64,000 nucleotides of DNA from Lingula anatina. Lineage: Eukaryota > Animalia > Brachiopoda. The stretch lies in assembly GCA_051362555.1 (NCBI GenBank), contig CM120649.1:17622567-17686566 (forward strand). Direction: 5' to 3'. The notes under the pieces are model-generated. The model did not search any database and was not told where the DNA came from. It saw nothing but the letters and a program-made list of their open reading frames with translations. Each line of letters starts with the position of its first letter. The stretch's first letter is position 1. Position numbers and translations under genes: made by a program. Positions 37,488 through 51,549 of this stretch are shown piece after piece.

Positions 37488-40400
37488 CTGTAATAAATGA
37501 GGTTAAAAGCACTTTAAAATATTGTTTTAAATTGAGACTGACCAATGAATACTGATTCATAAAATTATGAATGAAATAAACATGAGAAATATGAAGTCGG
37601 AACAGAACATCAACAAAAAAAATAAATAAATAAAATAAAATAATAAATTTAAAAAAAAAATACTAAAAAGTTACAGTTTTTAGAAATTAAAATATATCTG
37701 GGAAAGGTGGAAAATATAACTGACCTTTAATTTTCTACAGCTTAGAAGAATTATAATACACAAATATAACTCACAATTTAACACACAAATCAGACCAGGT
37801 GACCAGTATTTGCTCTGGGTATTGAAACAAGATGGGGGAAAAAGTAATTGCATTTTAGCTTAAGCATTCTACTCCAATCATCTCAAAATTTTCCAAATAA
37901 TGCCTCACAAATTTCAAACATCTCACTAATTCATGCACTTTTCTTTCAAGTTTTCTTACTCTCAATTTGCTCACATAATACCAACTGTTGAACTTGATCC
38001 CAAATCAGAATTCAATATTTCAAATCATCTTTGTCAGGTATAACAGACAAATGGGATGATATAACCAATAAAGTTCACATTACTAGAAATTACCTCTATC
38101 TCCATGATACAGGCTACAAAATAAGTTTTAGCTATCTTTAGACATTATTACCAAGAATGATAAACCAAGAGAACCCAATTCTTAGAAATCTTTTAAAAGT
38201 CTTATTCATAGTAACAGAGGCAGCAAAAAAGAAAAAAAAAAAAAACAACAACTAGGATAGAAATGTCTTTCACGTCTCTCATCAAACGATTCCCAGGGTA
38301 TAACGCTGTAACGCCATTCCCCGGCAAGAGGAAATGGATAAGAACAATAATAAGGATAATGACTTGAGATTATGGCTGGAGCTGGCAGAGAGAGGTCTGC
38401 AGGGAAAAGTTAGACTGACATTACAATCCATGGTACCTTAATGGCCAAATCTCTGGTGGTTCATTTAAGAAAGGTCAAGAATCTCTTTTCCAGCCTTTGA
38501 AATTGAGTGACGGATAATATGTACGTTCATAAATGTCTGTTGTTTTGAATCCCAAGATAACATATTTTTCAATATCACATTTTATCAAATGTAACTTATT
38601 CAACACACAAGATATTTTTTGAACCTACATCTTTCAGTAATATCTTTTTATTTTTTTTTTATTTATTTAAAAGTCATATCAGATATCATCACCACAATAT
38701 TGGCCACCATCATGAGCCTCTTCATCAACATCTAATGAGTATCCCTCGGCACAATTTACGCCACTCATTTCCCCGGAACTCCAGAAAAATCCCAGAAGCA
38801 TAATTAATATCCCCGATTGTGTTCAACTCATCTAATGTTCATACACTATACGTGAATATCAGATAAAAAGTGTGTGTGCATGTGTGCGTGTGTGCGTGTG
38901 TGTGCTTGCACGTGTTAGCACTATCAGCAGTGTTTTTTGCTTAGCAGACATAACAAGGTTACCAAATCAATTAATAAATGTAAAACTAAATATATAAGTA
39001 AATAAATAATTTTTTATCAAATAGAACCCGAGTACACTAAGTTTCATACTTAAATGATAGTCAGTGGGATAGAGGAAACACATGTGGGAACCCAGACACA
39101 TTCTTATGTGACAACTCCATAAACTATCCTGTGGTAGTCTCATCCTTTCCACTAAGACTTTTTAAATAAGCTGGGGAAAAATGAACTGCCAAGCTACTAT
39201 TGAATGCCTTATAAATAATACTGCTTCAACAGCACCCAGAAGACCGCATACAAAGTATCAGGCGAAATCACAGAGGACAGATTACGGGCTTCAATGTACG
39301 ATAAATCATCCTCATCTGATAGTGGCGTGCAGTTCGTGCTGATTAAACGCTGTCTCCATCAATCATGTAAACAGTATCAAAACTCATGTAAATGTTGACC
39401 TCGTGTGTTTTTCAAGGTCACTTTGGCAGGTGCGTGCACAATTTTCTCAGCATGCAGGCACATGAACCATGCTGGGGCTCCAGCACGTGAGGCCGAACGA
39501 TTCTTTCGTAAGCTTGGCCCAGCACAAGGTGATCTGGGTTATACAGGAATAGAGTGATATGAGGAATTGAAGGTGTGACTCACATAAATGCAGGCAGCTG
39601 ACCGAACAATAGCAACAAGACGCTGTTTTATTTGAAGAATATTTGAATGTGTAGTAGTATAAAAAGTATTTCAACTACTCATGAATAAAATATCACAGAC
39701 ATCACAGCTAAATAACTTAAAGGAATCATTTCTTCTTTATTTTAAACATCAATTTTTGTGTAGAAACTCATTCTGATTTCTTTAACAACTACTTATCCTA
39801 CCTTTACCTATTAAGAAGATATAATTAAATCTTTTATCATCACAATTTTCACTTCTAAATTATCATTATGATTTTTAGCTTTATCATCAATATAATGAAA
39901 AAAAAAAGGCAAAAAAAAAAAAAATGTTTTCAGGATTATCCTGTTTCTAATCCCAAGTCAGACTCAGACATAAAGATATGCTGTCTATCAAACACATGCA
40001 AACTACAAAATTACCACTGATCGATACCACTATCCTGGTCATGCTAATATTAACCTCAAACGTCTGCGTCACCTACTCGCCTTCAGAAACATTTACATCC
40101 TTTGCATCCTCAAACAATAGCATGTGCCCACAGTCAGCGTTGCATTTGCCTTAAAACCACTGAAATTCGTACAATTTATGCAGCGTGAATTTGCTTTTAG
40201 TGACATAACCCTTGCCTTTTTGTACAGACAAAATCAATGAGCAAAACGCAGAGCAAAGTGACATGGGAATTACTTTTGGCTGACTGAGATGTTCTGTACT
40301 TTATCTCTGTACAGATGAAACTTGGTAGTGTACACAAAATCTTGTCCTGAATCTACTGGAAAGCTCACAATTTTTCATGCTTTGAGAATGTCAAGTTAAA

Positions 40401-43394
40401 TTAGATCCATAAAATTATAAGAAAGAAAAATTGCAAATAAAAAAATTAAACATTTGAGAAAATTAAGAATTTATAGGTAAAACATAACAAGAAAGAAACA
40501 TTTTTTAACAAAGATGGCCTTTCATGATCCCTGATGCCATCCCAATCCACAACACGTATCTTTATTTACTTTTGGAAAAATTCCACAATATTACAGCAAC
40601 AACCTTTTAACTTGAATAATAAGCACATACTACAGATTATAAACTAATACCAAGAAGCTTTCCTGTGCAAAAAAAAACAGTACAATACCAACACGGGTAT
40701 CCTTACAAGCAATTTTCCAGCACATTCGCCATTATTTCATTTTTTCCACAATCATTATGAAACGATGTGTAAAATTATTTGAAGGTCATAAAAATAGGCA
40801 AAAAAAGCTATTCCAAGAAAAAATAAAGGAAAAAAAGATCTTGGTAAAAAGGAAAAAAATAGAAACTTGATGCTCTGTGTTTTTCAAGAAAATCAGACGT
40901 TAAAACACTGTCAATGCCACCTCCATCAATGAAAGTCAAAACAAAACCCATCCTATATTCCACGCAATTTACACAGCAAGGTTTTACCTCACTTAAGTGC
41001 TGGCTATATTATCCCTACACAGACAAGTAAACAGACTGATCTCGAGACTGTATTTACTATCATACCCCAGAGAAAACTGAACACACTCACCGAAGCCTCA
41101 GAGAGCTTGCTTGTGCACACAAATACAGACTGGGGGCTCGATGAAAAACGTAATTCGAACACGTTCTGCTGTATGTCATTCTCTTTTATTCCATGTTTGA
41201 TGAAGAGATTATACCTTTTCAGTCTGAATGTTGTGAGCTATTAAGGGTCTTGGAATTGCATCTGTTTTAGGGACAATCAGGTAGGGTATTGAATGAAAGG
41301 CAAACAAAGAATCCTTCCTCCAGCCCCTACAGACGATACTGTCTGGTGTCATCATTCATGTAATGCAAGAGGTTTTGATTCCACCTAACCATTTTCATAT
41401 CTGCCGACGCTGGGTCTGCATCATAAAACTTTAACACGCAAACATATTCTTTAAGGAAGAGGTCTAAGGTGTCCGGATAAATCCATGCAGATTCCATGCC
41501 GTAAACTAGAAATCTATTCAGAGTGGGAAGATTGTCGCAAAGGCAGCTCAAGTTTCATTATTAATTGATTAAGTAATTATTGGATCGCCATGAAATTTAA
41601 TGGATCTCAATTTAACCTCACTCTGGCCTATTCAGAAAATTCAAAATCCATCCTAACTTTTTTTTTTAGTCAGGCAATTAAAACAAGCCAAAAAAGGTAA
41701 AAACATAACCTAAAGGATAGATAGAAATAATCATTTACATAAAATTACAGAAAAGAAAATTAGCATAACCTGTTGTGCACCAAGTGCTAACAACACATGC
41801 TCTGTGTATTATAGACATGCTCAGGGCAGGGCCAGTCATTTCAGCACAATGCCACTAACATGGATAATGGGTCACAACCAAACACAATCTTGGCACATCT
41901 ACTACAATTAAGTCACATTGGGGGCCATGACACGTCATAGTAGCAGGACCAAATGCGGTGTCCAGAGAATCTTTACTCTAGGATGAAGAATTCCAAAGGA
42001 AACCAGCAACAATAGTGCTTCTTTTTTTCTCAGACAGTCTCAGTCGAACTGAACTCAATCACAATCATTTCTGGTGTAGCGCCCCCCCCACCCCCATGTT
42101 AAACAGAAAAAGGAGAAAACTCAAACTTCAAATGCCATTCTATATTACATATTGCAATTATTCACCAAACTTTAAATGATATCCTCTCACTACATAAAAA
42201 TTCTAGTCTGGTGAGAATTTCATTAAATACTTCATAGGTTTTCTGTCATTCCCTTAACAGCATGAATCACAGCAGGTCCTGGCTAAAGCGGAAGATGTCC
42301 TACATCCAAACCTATGACTAATAAACCAATCGTTCTATATAAGGTCATGATCACATGTGATATGAAAGGTCATATGACATAAAAGAAGGTCACACATCAA
42401 GCAAAACATCACATGGCCTTGAAACAGATAGAACAATTGAAAAGCGTCTTCACTGACAGTTTGAGTCAAATGAACACTTCTCTTTCTATCTCTCTCCTCC
42501 CCCCTCTCTCTCTGTATGCATGTGCGCATTCTTTCAGTGCACCCTTTCAAACTCAGCTTTCTACCAAGCATCCCACATTCCCTCCTTTTTTCACCTATAA
42601 TTCAGTCATCGTTAGTATTTTTTTAAAAACCTGTTTTCCATCAGACGCCTATATTTGCCCGGTCTAGCCAGTTTTCCATCAGAATCTTAAAGCTGTCCAT
42701 GGGTTCTACGTGCCTCAGCAGGAAATAACTAGCAGATGGAGCAGCTTGAGCGATCAATCACTTAAACAGTATATATTATGATTGCATTCGAGTTCTTTAA
42801 GAGTTTATATTAAAAACACATCTAAGTGCCATTAATTCTGGTGTTGTCATTAATATGGGTAGTTAACTGCATATACTTCTATTCATGATATTCATGCAAG
42901 CTACATTTGCTGTTGCTTGAATTCTCAAACATGGATGCCATAATTGCTCACCCAGTCAAACAAAATCAATTAATTTCTTGTGCTGTCGATAATAATGTAA
43001 GAGCATACGAACATGAAAAATCTTGCAAAATGATATAAAATTGAATAAATATTATGCGCGTGATTTGTGATTTTAATATGCAGTCTGTGTGTGTTTGTGC
43101 CAGGGCAAGTGTCCCATGAATTATTCGCAAGGGTCAAAATGACCTGATGTTCACTACATTGTTGCTGTGTACAATTTTTTTTTTTACAAGACTTTCATTC
43201 TTTATCGTAAAACCCTAAGCACTGCAGCACTGCAGAATGAAAATATCTAACAGGGACAAATCTAACTTCTGTCTGACTTGTCAGTTTTATGCAAACCATC
43301 ATCAGATTTCTACATCTCAGGTAACTGCTAAGGTGACTAACTCATTTACCTGGGCTCATTTTAGCATAACATACCTTCGATGAATGCCCAATAT

Positions 43395-43590
43395 TCCAAA
43401 AGAAAATGCTTCAGCTGATTTTTAAGCATATACCAAAAGAAAATGCCTCCAAATGCCAAACATTTTCCAAAAAGAAAATGCCTCACCTCACTGCAAAACA
43501 TACATCAAAAGAAAATGGTTCCAAATACCAAACATATCAAAGAAAATGCATCAGCAACTGCATAGCTTATTACCAAAGAAAATGTAAAAC
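43395..43590. repeat. Minisatellite, about 33-38-bp unit, 6 copies
   Basis: Core CAAA(A)GAAAATG recurs six times at regular spacing. Confidence 0.75.
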
Positions 43591-45796
43591 ATTCTACTTC
43601 TTTTGCAAAACCCTGTTTTCGCTCGCAAATATTACTTGGCTTGGCTAATACAGTCAGGTTATTCATCTAAAGCAAGGTATTTTACCTTGCGAAAGTTAAA
43701 CATCTCACGTTTTATTTGATCTAACATTTCTCTGATAAACCAGACCCAGGTAAAAAAAAAAAAGTGCCATAGTCTTCCCTCATAGCAACCCGGCAGTGGC
43801 AGTGACATATGAGACATGTCCAGGTGAGATGAGGTCAGGTCACCCCACCTGGCTCAGGTAAATGATGATGTAATCATGTTATCGTTACCCAACACCTGCC
43901 TGTACCTGTGATGCAAACGCCACTCAATGAGGACATAATATCTACTTAGTGGTTAAGTCCACTTTACTTCCCATACTCACTGTATCAAATGGCAAGGTTT
44001 GTAGGGTGTTTACAATGAAAGAAAGATGCAAAACGCTTAGATTTATGACTGAATTTCTAGAGACACTGTATATTAAAGGTACATTAATAATTCAAAACTT
44101 CACAATATATATCATCCATTTTATAATTCAAAACTTCACATTATATACCATCCATTTCACATCTTTTTGAAAGGAACAACCATCAAAACAAACAAACAAA
44201 CAAAATACTGTATACTCAAGAAGAAAATGTGGTAGTTTAATACCATAACAAAACACTATTACAATACAAATATATTACATGGTCAGTGGAGGTAGCCTAC
44301 ATCTGTTCTAACTCTATGAATGGTTGTACAGCTGCTGGCAGTCCAGATGTAATCATTCCAGTAATCTCATTACTGTTACATAACACTGGTGTAGCTGTTA
44401 CCTAACGGTCACTTAGGCAGGACTTAACTGCTCCTAAGTGGCCTAATCCAATTATCTTCCCATAGAGCACCTGTTTACTGGCAGTACACCCATATCTACC
44501 TGGCCAACTGGGCAGTTCTGCAGGTACATGTTAGTGCATGAGTTTCACAAAGAAAGAAATACATGGCAATAATAAATAAATAAATAAATAAATCCTAGGC
44601 TCCACTCTCTGTTTTAGAAAAAAATATTGCTGTCAAATTATGGTGTTAAAATGAACACTTTAATCTCATACAATGAAACTGCAGATTTGAACTTAACATA
44701 AATATTATTATATAAGTAGCCACTAAAAAGTGATTATTTTTAAAAATTAAACTGATTTTAGTAATAAAAATTAAATAATGATATTAGTAATAGTTATCAC
44801 TTACTTTGTAACAAAAACTTAAGTGAAACAGCTATGTTTTGCTCTTATCCCAAGAGAAAAATATGTTTGCCTTTTTATCAGATTATTAACTTTTATGCAT
44901 CTTCTTTTGCTTTTGTTTGCAAATTATGGAAAAGAGAGGGGAGTAATTATGCTGACACTATTTCACTGCAGCACTACTGGTAGCAAATCAATTTTCAATA
45001 ATTGCTAGAAATTATCTGATGTCTGTTACATCATTTATTACCAAACCCACTGCTGGCCAAGAACTGGGGTTAGCTTAACGACATTCATCTTTTTTCTTTT
45101 TGATACAATAAGTGAGAGAGTCTTATATGATTTTCATTGTTAATAATAATAAATAAATAATTAGAAAATTTTCTGGTCAATCATAATCACCTCTAGCAAA
45201 CGTAAAAATATTGATACAGAATCAACAATACTAAAATAGTTAAATATATTCCCAATTTTTCTAATATTCCAACTTGTATATTCTACTGACTATAAAGACA
45301 TATAATTATATTGTGCACAATGACCAAAGTGGTGGTGTATTTGGCTCCCGAAGTACCACATAATCCAATCAACTTCTCCCAGTATTGCCTAGGGTTTGAC
45401 TGTGACATAACACAGATATTGCATCATCTCTCCCTGGGCCCCATCTCCTGCCTTTTGTCTTGTCATTTTTGATGGATAGGCAGCTATTAGAGCAGACATT
45501 TTCATTTCCGGGCAATCTACCATTGTCTGGTCTGGAGCCCCCTGTCTCACAAAATGTCTTAAGTTTTTAGGCTTAATTTAGACTACTAAACTCTGATAGC
45601 TGATTAAGTGTAGTCATTTTTTTTACCATATTGTCTTAGGAGAGGTTATTAAATGATTGGCATGCAGAAATGTAGCTGACGTACCTAACTGAGCTAAAGT
45701 TGTCGCTGAGAGTAAAAATTTTTGTCAAAACCATCATATTTTGCTGTAGGGGCCTCATTTAAAGCAGAAAAAGGTATACAGTCTCTTGGCTTCTTA

Positions 45797-46008
45797 TACC
45801 CCCTTTACACTGGACGGCGTCCTTTCTGCGACCATGAATTTTGGCATCGCTGTGGTCTTAATAAGGAGGCACGAGCATTGATTTTGTATCAGAATGACTG
45901 CTCAATGATCGGCCAGTTGTCGGCATGTTAAGTAATATAATCTTTTAACTCTCAAATGGGGCCGTACTGCTGGACGCAGAAAGGACGCCGTTTAGTGTAA
46001 AGGGGCCC
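45797..46008. mobile_element. PIF/Harbinger-like MITE
   Basis: About 35-bp terminal inverted repeats CCCCTTTACACTGGACGGCGTCCTTTCTGCGACCA / TGGACGCAGAAAGGACGCCGTTTAGTGTAAAGGGG, flanked by TTA on both sides. Confidence 0.8.
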
Positions 46009-49000
46009 TTAGTGAAACTCATCCTAATTGGCTAAGGTCCACTGCAGCTTTTGCAAAGACTTGATTTTTGATTGTACTTCTTTTAGAAATTGGCTCTAAA
46101 TTTTGTCTAGTCTTCCCCAAGGTAAGCCAGAATTAGTTCTAGTAAATAAGGAAATTGGGTCAGTATGCCTCTTTACTTAACACCTAAAGTGAGGAGAGAC
46201 TGCCAACTACTTCCATTGTGAACGAGTCTAGATAACATTTAGACAGAACATCTCAACTGGACCATAGAAAATACATGCATGAATATTTTCAGTAGAACTG
46301 CTTAAAGATCCAGCGGAAATATATTTTTTTTCATTAAGTGTCACTGAGAATGCAAGCAATATCTGTGTGTGAGTTGATAAACTGTCACCCAAGCAATATT
46401 TGCTACAACACCTTGTGTGCTGCAGAGAGATGTTCAATATATATTTTGCAAGAGTGTGGCATTGTATTATTTGACATACAAACTGAAAAAAAAAAACTTA
46501 AACCGAATAAAGATATATCGCCATTGTCACATAACATTTCTAGGCATTTATTGTGTAAGTCTGAAGACAGTTCTGAAGGAAAAAATGTTCAGAACAAATC
46601 CTCACATTACTTAGGGATATCAACCTTATTTTAAAACAATATGGCTTCATGAAAAAAAAGAAAAAAGGCAAGTCACTTTTGCATTAGATCCTCTCCTTAA
46701 GAAAGCATAAAATAATAAATTTATAATTGCGTAAACAATGAATATCCAGAGACTCCAGCTGTAATTTTTGACGAATAAAACCCCGTTTCCAGGCCTATAC
46801 AGATTGGAGACCTTTTGAAAATCTGTATTAAACCAATTGTCCTGTTGAGGTTCTAAATCTCTTACCCAACACCAGTCAAAGTAAATGCCATAAATCACAG
46901 AGTGAAAAAGAGATTACAGCATCCTATATACAAACAGCAGTGAAATAATCAATACGCCTTTTAAACAAGAACAAAACCTGCGCTGCCTATCTCTTATATT
47001 TCCGATCGATGCCAATTTCGATGTCAATTTCGCCTTCTGTAATTAACAGGAAAGGTCCAGCTCTGTTGACCCAGGTCAATTATGCAGTAATTTTCTTCTT
47101 TAATTAGACCCATGTCTAGCAGTTATCTAGATTTTTTTCTTTGTTGATGGATATAGTATGGGGCAAGAATTTCCTTCAAATTAAATTACTGTGTTAAGAA
47201 TATGAAATTGTTTCTGGGTAACTGATGCCAATAAACGAGGAAGATATCTGATCAGTTTTTGTAATGTTTTACCCCATTTTTTAACCAATCTATAATTAAA
47301 AAATGAGCACAAAATGGAAAAGACAGATAATATACAAAATGTAATTCACCTCTTTTGTATCACCTTTTGTGTTGCCATGTACATAGCCAGCAACATATTT
47401 TTACAATAAGAAAAAAATTGAAATAAATAAAAAGATTTACATGTAGCCTTTATATCATTAATAAAATCAACAAAGTCACCAGATGTCAACAAGACCATCA
47501 GTAAATGAAAAGAAAAATAGTCAGTCGAATTTAGAGAGAGGAAAAAAACATGACCCCACCTTCTTAAGCCCAAGGTATACTCTGCAGAAAAAAAAAAAGG
47601 TAATATGTTTGCACTGTAACCTACTACTGTCTGTGGATTTCTTGTTCCCAAAGGGTTGCCATAGCAACTAAAAAACAAAATCAATGAAGCAAATGGACAA
47701 AACATCTGCCTTGAAACGGAGTACGCGGCTGAGCGCCCAGCCCTCTCTCCTGCAGTGATGCAATTTTCCTGCCTCCACTGTTTGTGGACAATATTATCGC
47801 CACTGAGTTAAGACGCTAATCTAAGATCATGCTCAACCCTGACTCTCCATCTGCTTATTTCTTTTTTAAATTGTTCTTTTAAAATTCGTTTGAGTAAAAG
47901 GCTTTGTGTAAGACACACCTGATTGATTGCCTAAATTCAAAAATAACAAAATTGCTGTAGCGGCAGGTGAAATTTTGTGCAACTGCTCTGACGGATATAT
48001 TATCAAATATAAATCCTATTCTGTCTTAAAAAAATTTTTCCCCTTTTTCTTGCACTTTAAAAAATGATAAAGTAAAATAAAAAAATGCCATCAAAATTGT
48101 AACCAACTTAATTTTATATTTTAATATTATCTATCACTATGACACTTCTTAATTGCTTCTTTATCTCAGTAATATTTTTTCTTGACACTCAATCAAACAA
48201 AAATCCCATTTTGTGGATGGCAAATATTTTCAGTCTCTACACCTACGTCTCGTCTGTGAGACTTCCTTGGTTTCCACCTCACTGCCCAAGTATCCGCTAC
48301 CTCTTTGATATCAATTTTTAAAGTGACAGAGCAGAAGATTTCTATGATCCCTCTCCATTCCACAATTTCCTAGCACCGATGTTTTTTTTCTTCTGTTTGG
48401 CAATGTTTCATGCTGAACTAATTCATATCATGTCAGTTTTGATCAAATATATAAAAACCACAGTGAGTCTCTTTTTTTTTTCTCTCTGTAATTTCTTTAC
48501 CTTTTAAATGTCATAGCATTATAATATTCTTTGTTTTGACTATAACATTTGACTTCACATGAGAAATTGTTGTTTCATTTTTTTTCATAAGATAAATAAA
48601 TGACTCAGGTCAACTAATTATCATCCCTTTAACAAAATATTATTTTTGATTTTTGAGAAATCATTGTTTTGAGCACATTTTTCATAATTCCACAGTAACT
48701 TCCAGGTTACTTCATTATCTTTTGGCAGTATTCTAGGGGTTTTTTTTTCACACAAGTATCAAATAAAATTAAATCTTCTTCTGTTGACTAAACAGGTGAA
48801 ATCTAATCAGTTTTTTTGGCATTCGTGTTTGATATTTTTCTTCTCTATTTAACACATTTATCTAGCGTAATCAGACCCTTCCACCGCCAGAGCTTCAGTT
48901 AAGATCTCTGTGATACTTTTCATTTCGTCAAAGTTATCAAATATCATGATAAACATGTTTCTAGCTAAACTGAATTTCCATAGATTTTTGGGCAATTTCC

Positions 49001-50561
49001 AACTTTAAAATCATTTTCTGAAAATCCTCTACATTAAAAGTACACTTTCCTGGCGCTGACCCTACAAAACTAATTTTACTTTTAAACAGATTAAAACTGG
49101 TTTATACACAAAAAGTAGCAATACCATGATTAATTTCACCTGTCACTGACTGGCCATAATATAATAAAGCCCCCTCTCCCTCTCCTCTTCCATTTCCTTT
49201 AATTTAATCAGCTTTAATCCAGGTAATGTGATTAGAAAGTGGTCATCGGATGAAATAAGGGTAGGGTCAAAAATCATACCTGCATTACGAAAATCAGATG
49301 GACGTGTGCCTTTAAAGCATTCAGCAATATATCTTCTTAGCGGGCGTTATGACAGCGGCATGCAAACGCTGACACGCAGTTTGGCAATTTGAGTGATCAA
49401 AAATTCATGACAATGTATTTTTCCACTAGGTTTTGAAGCAGATGGTAGACACAGTAATGGCTGATTATGAATTTTCTGCTGTGACAAGCAATGGCAGAGG
49501 CAGGCAAGGAAGTTCTTTCCCTTTTTTCAGTTTCTTTCTTTTTTTTTTTCTTCTTTAATATCTTGAAAGATAAGTACGATCATGCCATAATCGGGGCAGT
49601 ATGGGGTGGATGGATACTTTCCTATAGCTACCAAAAAGTCTACTAGCAAACGGGTTTTATCCAAAAATCCACTTACTTTGAGTCAGGGCAAGGACTTAAA
49701 ATGAAAAGCAATGTCCTAATCCCATTTTCATTTGGATGTTCTTCCATTTTATTTAATTCACACAACTATTGGGAAGACTAAAACATTTATTTATAGAGTA
49801 ACATTTTTTTTTTTTTTTACTTTTTTGTAGAATCAAAGACCCAAGGGTCTAAAAAACAAAAGAAAACGGCACTTATTCCATCTAATTTTTCAAAACCTAA
49901 TCATTCATTTCACATCCACATCAAGGCCACCTCCATATTTGCAAATGCCAAAGCATTTGGGCACCACTGGCTGCAAAGCTCAAACTCCATGACTATAACT
50001 ATACATAGCATTCGATCAAAATGGCCGCCGGTATTCCGCTGTCCCATTTCCGTCCACCTAATGGCCATTTGATGTGAGAAGAATGTGAATTTATGGCTTT
50101 GTCTTCCGATTTATTATTAGTGGATGTTCATTTATTGGGCAGGCCAAAGGGCCATTAGTCTGCATCATTATGCCATTAAGCAAGCCAGAGAGATTATGTC
50201 CAGTCCCAATGAGAAAATAAAAATGGACAGTGGAGATATATTGGATGAAAGTCTGCTCAAAAAATAGAAAAGTGCAAAATAAATTACTTTTTTTTTTTCG
50301 TATGTTCACATTTTGCACACTGGCATAATGTAAGCAATATATATCTATTTCAGTACTGAATCAGCATTTTGAACTACAAGGAAGAGAAGTGCAATTTTCC
50401 AACTGTTTATCTTTGCAAGTTTAGTTCTTAGTTTGAAAACATAATGAAAAAATATTGTTCTGATTCATTAAACACTTTAAAAGTAAACTTGCCCTATATC
50501 TGAAGAAAAAACAAAAGAAAAATCAAAATTAAACAACAGGTTTATGAATAATAAACACATA

Positions 50562-50729
50562 CAGGGGCGGATTTAGGCCGTCTTCTGGGTCTTCTGGAAG
50601 ACGGTCAGATTTTTAAGTTTACATTAACGGGTATCTAATATTTTCTGTCGGAAGACGGTCAAAAATTAAGGATGAATTAACAAAGAAAATCTGGAAGACT
50701 GTCAGAAAATATCTCTGGATCCGCCCCTG
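50562..50729. mobile_element. MITE with CAGGGGCGGAT termini
   Basis: TIRs CAGGGGCGGATTTAG / CTGGATCCGCCCCTG, three internal GGAAGAC(G/T)GTCA repeats, and near-duplicated flanks ACATA/ACATT. Confidence 0.8.
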
Positions 50730-51472
50730 ACATTCTATGAAAAATAAACCAACAGAGATAGAATTTGTTCCACAGCTCCAAGAGGTTTTGTGGCTAAAGT
50801 GTAGATGGTACTACTTCACAAATTGGTCTCTCTTCTTCAACAGGCTCCAGTATGAAGAGGCCTATCAAAGATGTCTACTCTTTGAGAACTTCAGAGTTCT
50901 TAATTTGATGCCAAAGCTTTATTTTTATTGTAAACAGAACACTTGAGGACTCTTTTGGCCCGATTGGTACCCAACCAAAAAAAAAAACACTAGAGCTGAG
51001 ACCTGTCAACACCTGCTGGGGTGACCTGTCAGCTGGTCAGACAAGGTCAAAAGTCATATCCCATAATTCCTACGTTCTATCCCATAATATAATTGATAGG
51101 GAATGAATTCTCAATTTAAAATATATGCATATATTTTAGTCAATTTTAGAGGGTAACTAAAAGTGGAAAAAGGGAAGAAATGTCTCTTGTTTCCCCTTTT
51201 TTGAGACAATCCAAAATATGTGAGATATCTGGTCTGAAAGTGAACATTTTACCATGCTTTCTTTGAAAATGCTAAGCCTTTAAAATAGTTACTAAAAACA
51301 GCGATGAATGAAAAAGTGAAACATTTCATTAAAAAATTGCTTAGATTACATAAACATTATCACACAAAAGAGAAAATGTGTAAAAAAAAATCTTAAAACA
51401 ACATTCAGTATTGGAGCCAATCTACGATATCACTTGGTGTCATGACACCATTGTTCAGCATCATGCAGCCAC

Positions 51473-51477
<5 letters not shown>

Positions 51478-51548
<71 letters not shown>
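51478..51548. repeat. (TA)n microsatellite
   Basis: Direct observation. Confidence 0.95.

Positions 51549-51549
<1 letters not shown>

Noticed and set aside
41327-41551. 74-aa minus-strand ORF with protein-like composition
   Set aside because: No recognisable domain and no convincing splice sites in phase with mbl.
43395-43590. Regularly spaced repeats superficially like a CRISPR array (also 21520-21630)
   Set aside because: Eukaryotic intron, degenerate units, spacers related to each other and no cas genes; these are ordinary minisatellites.
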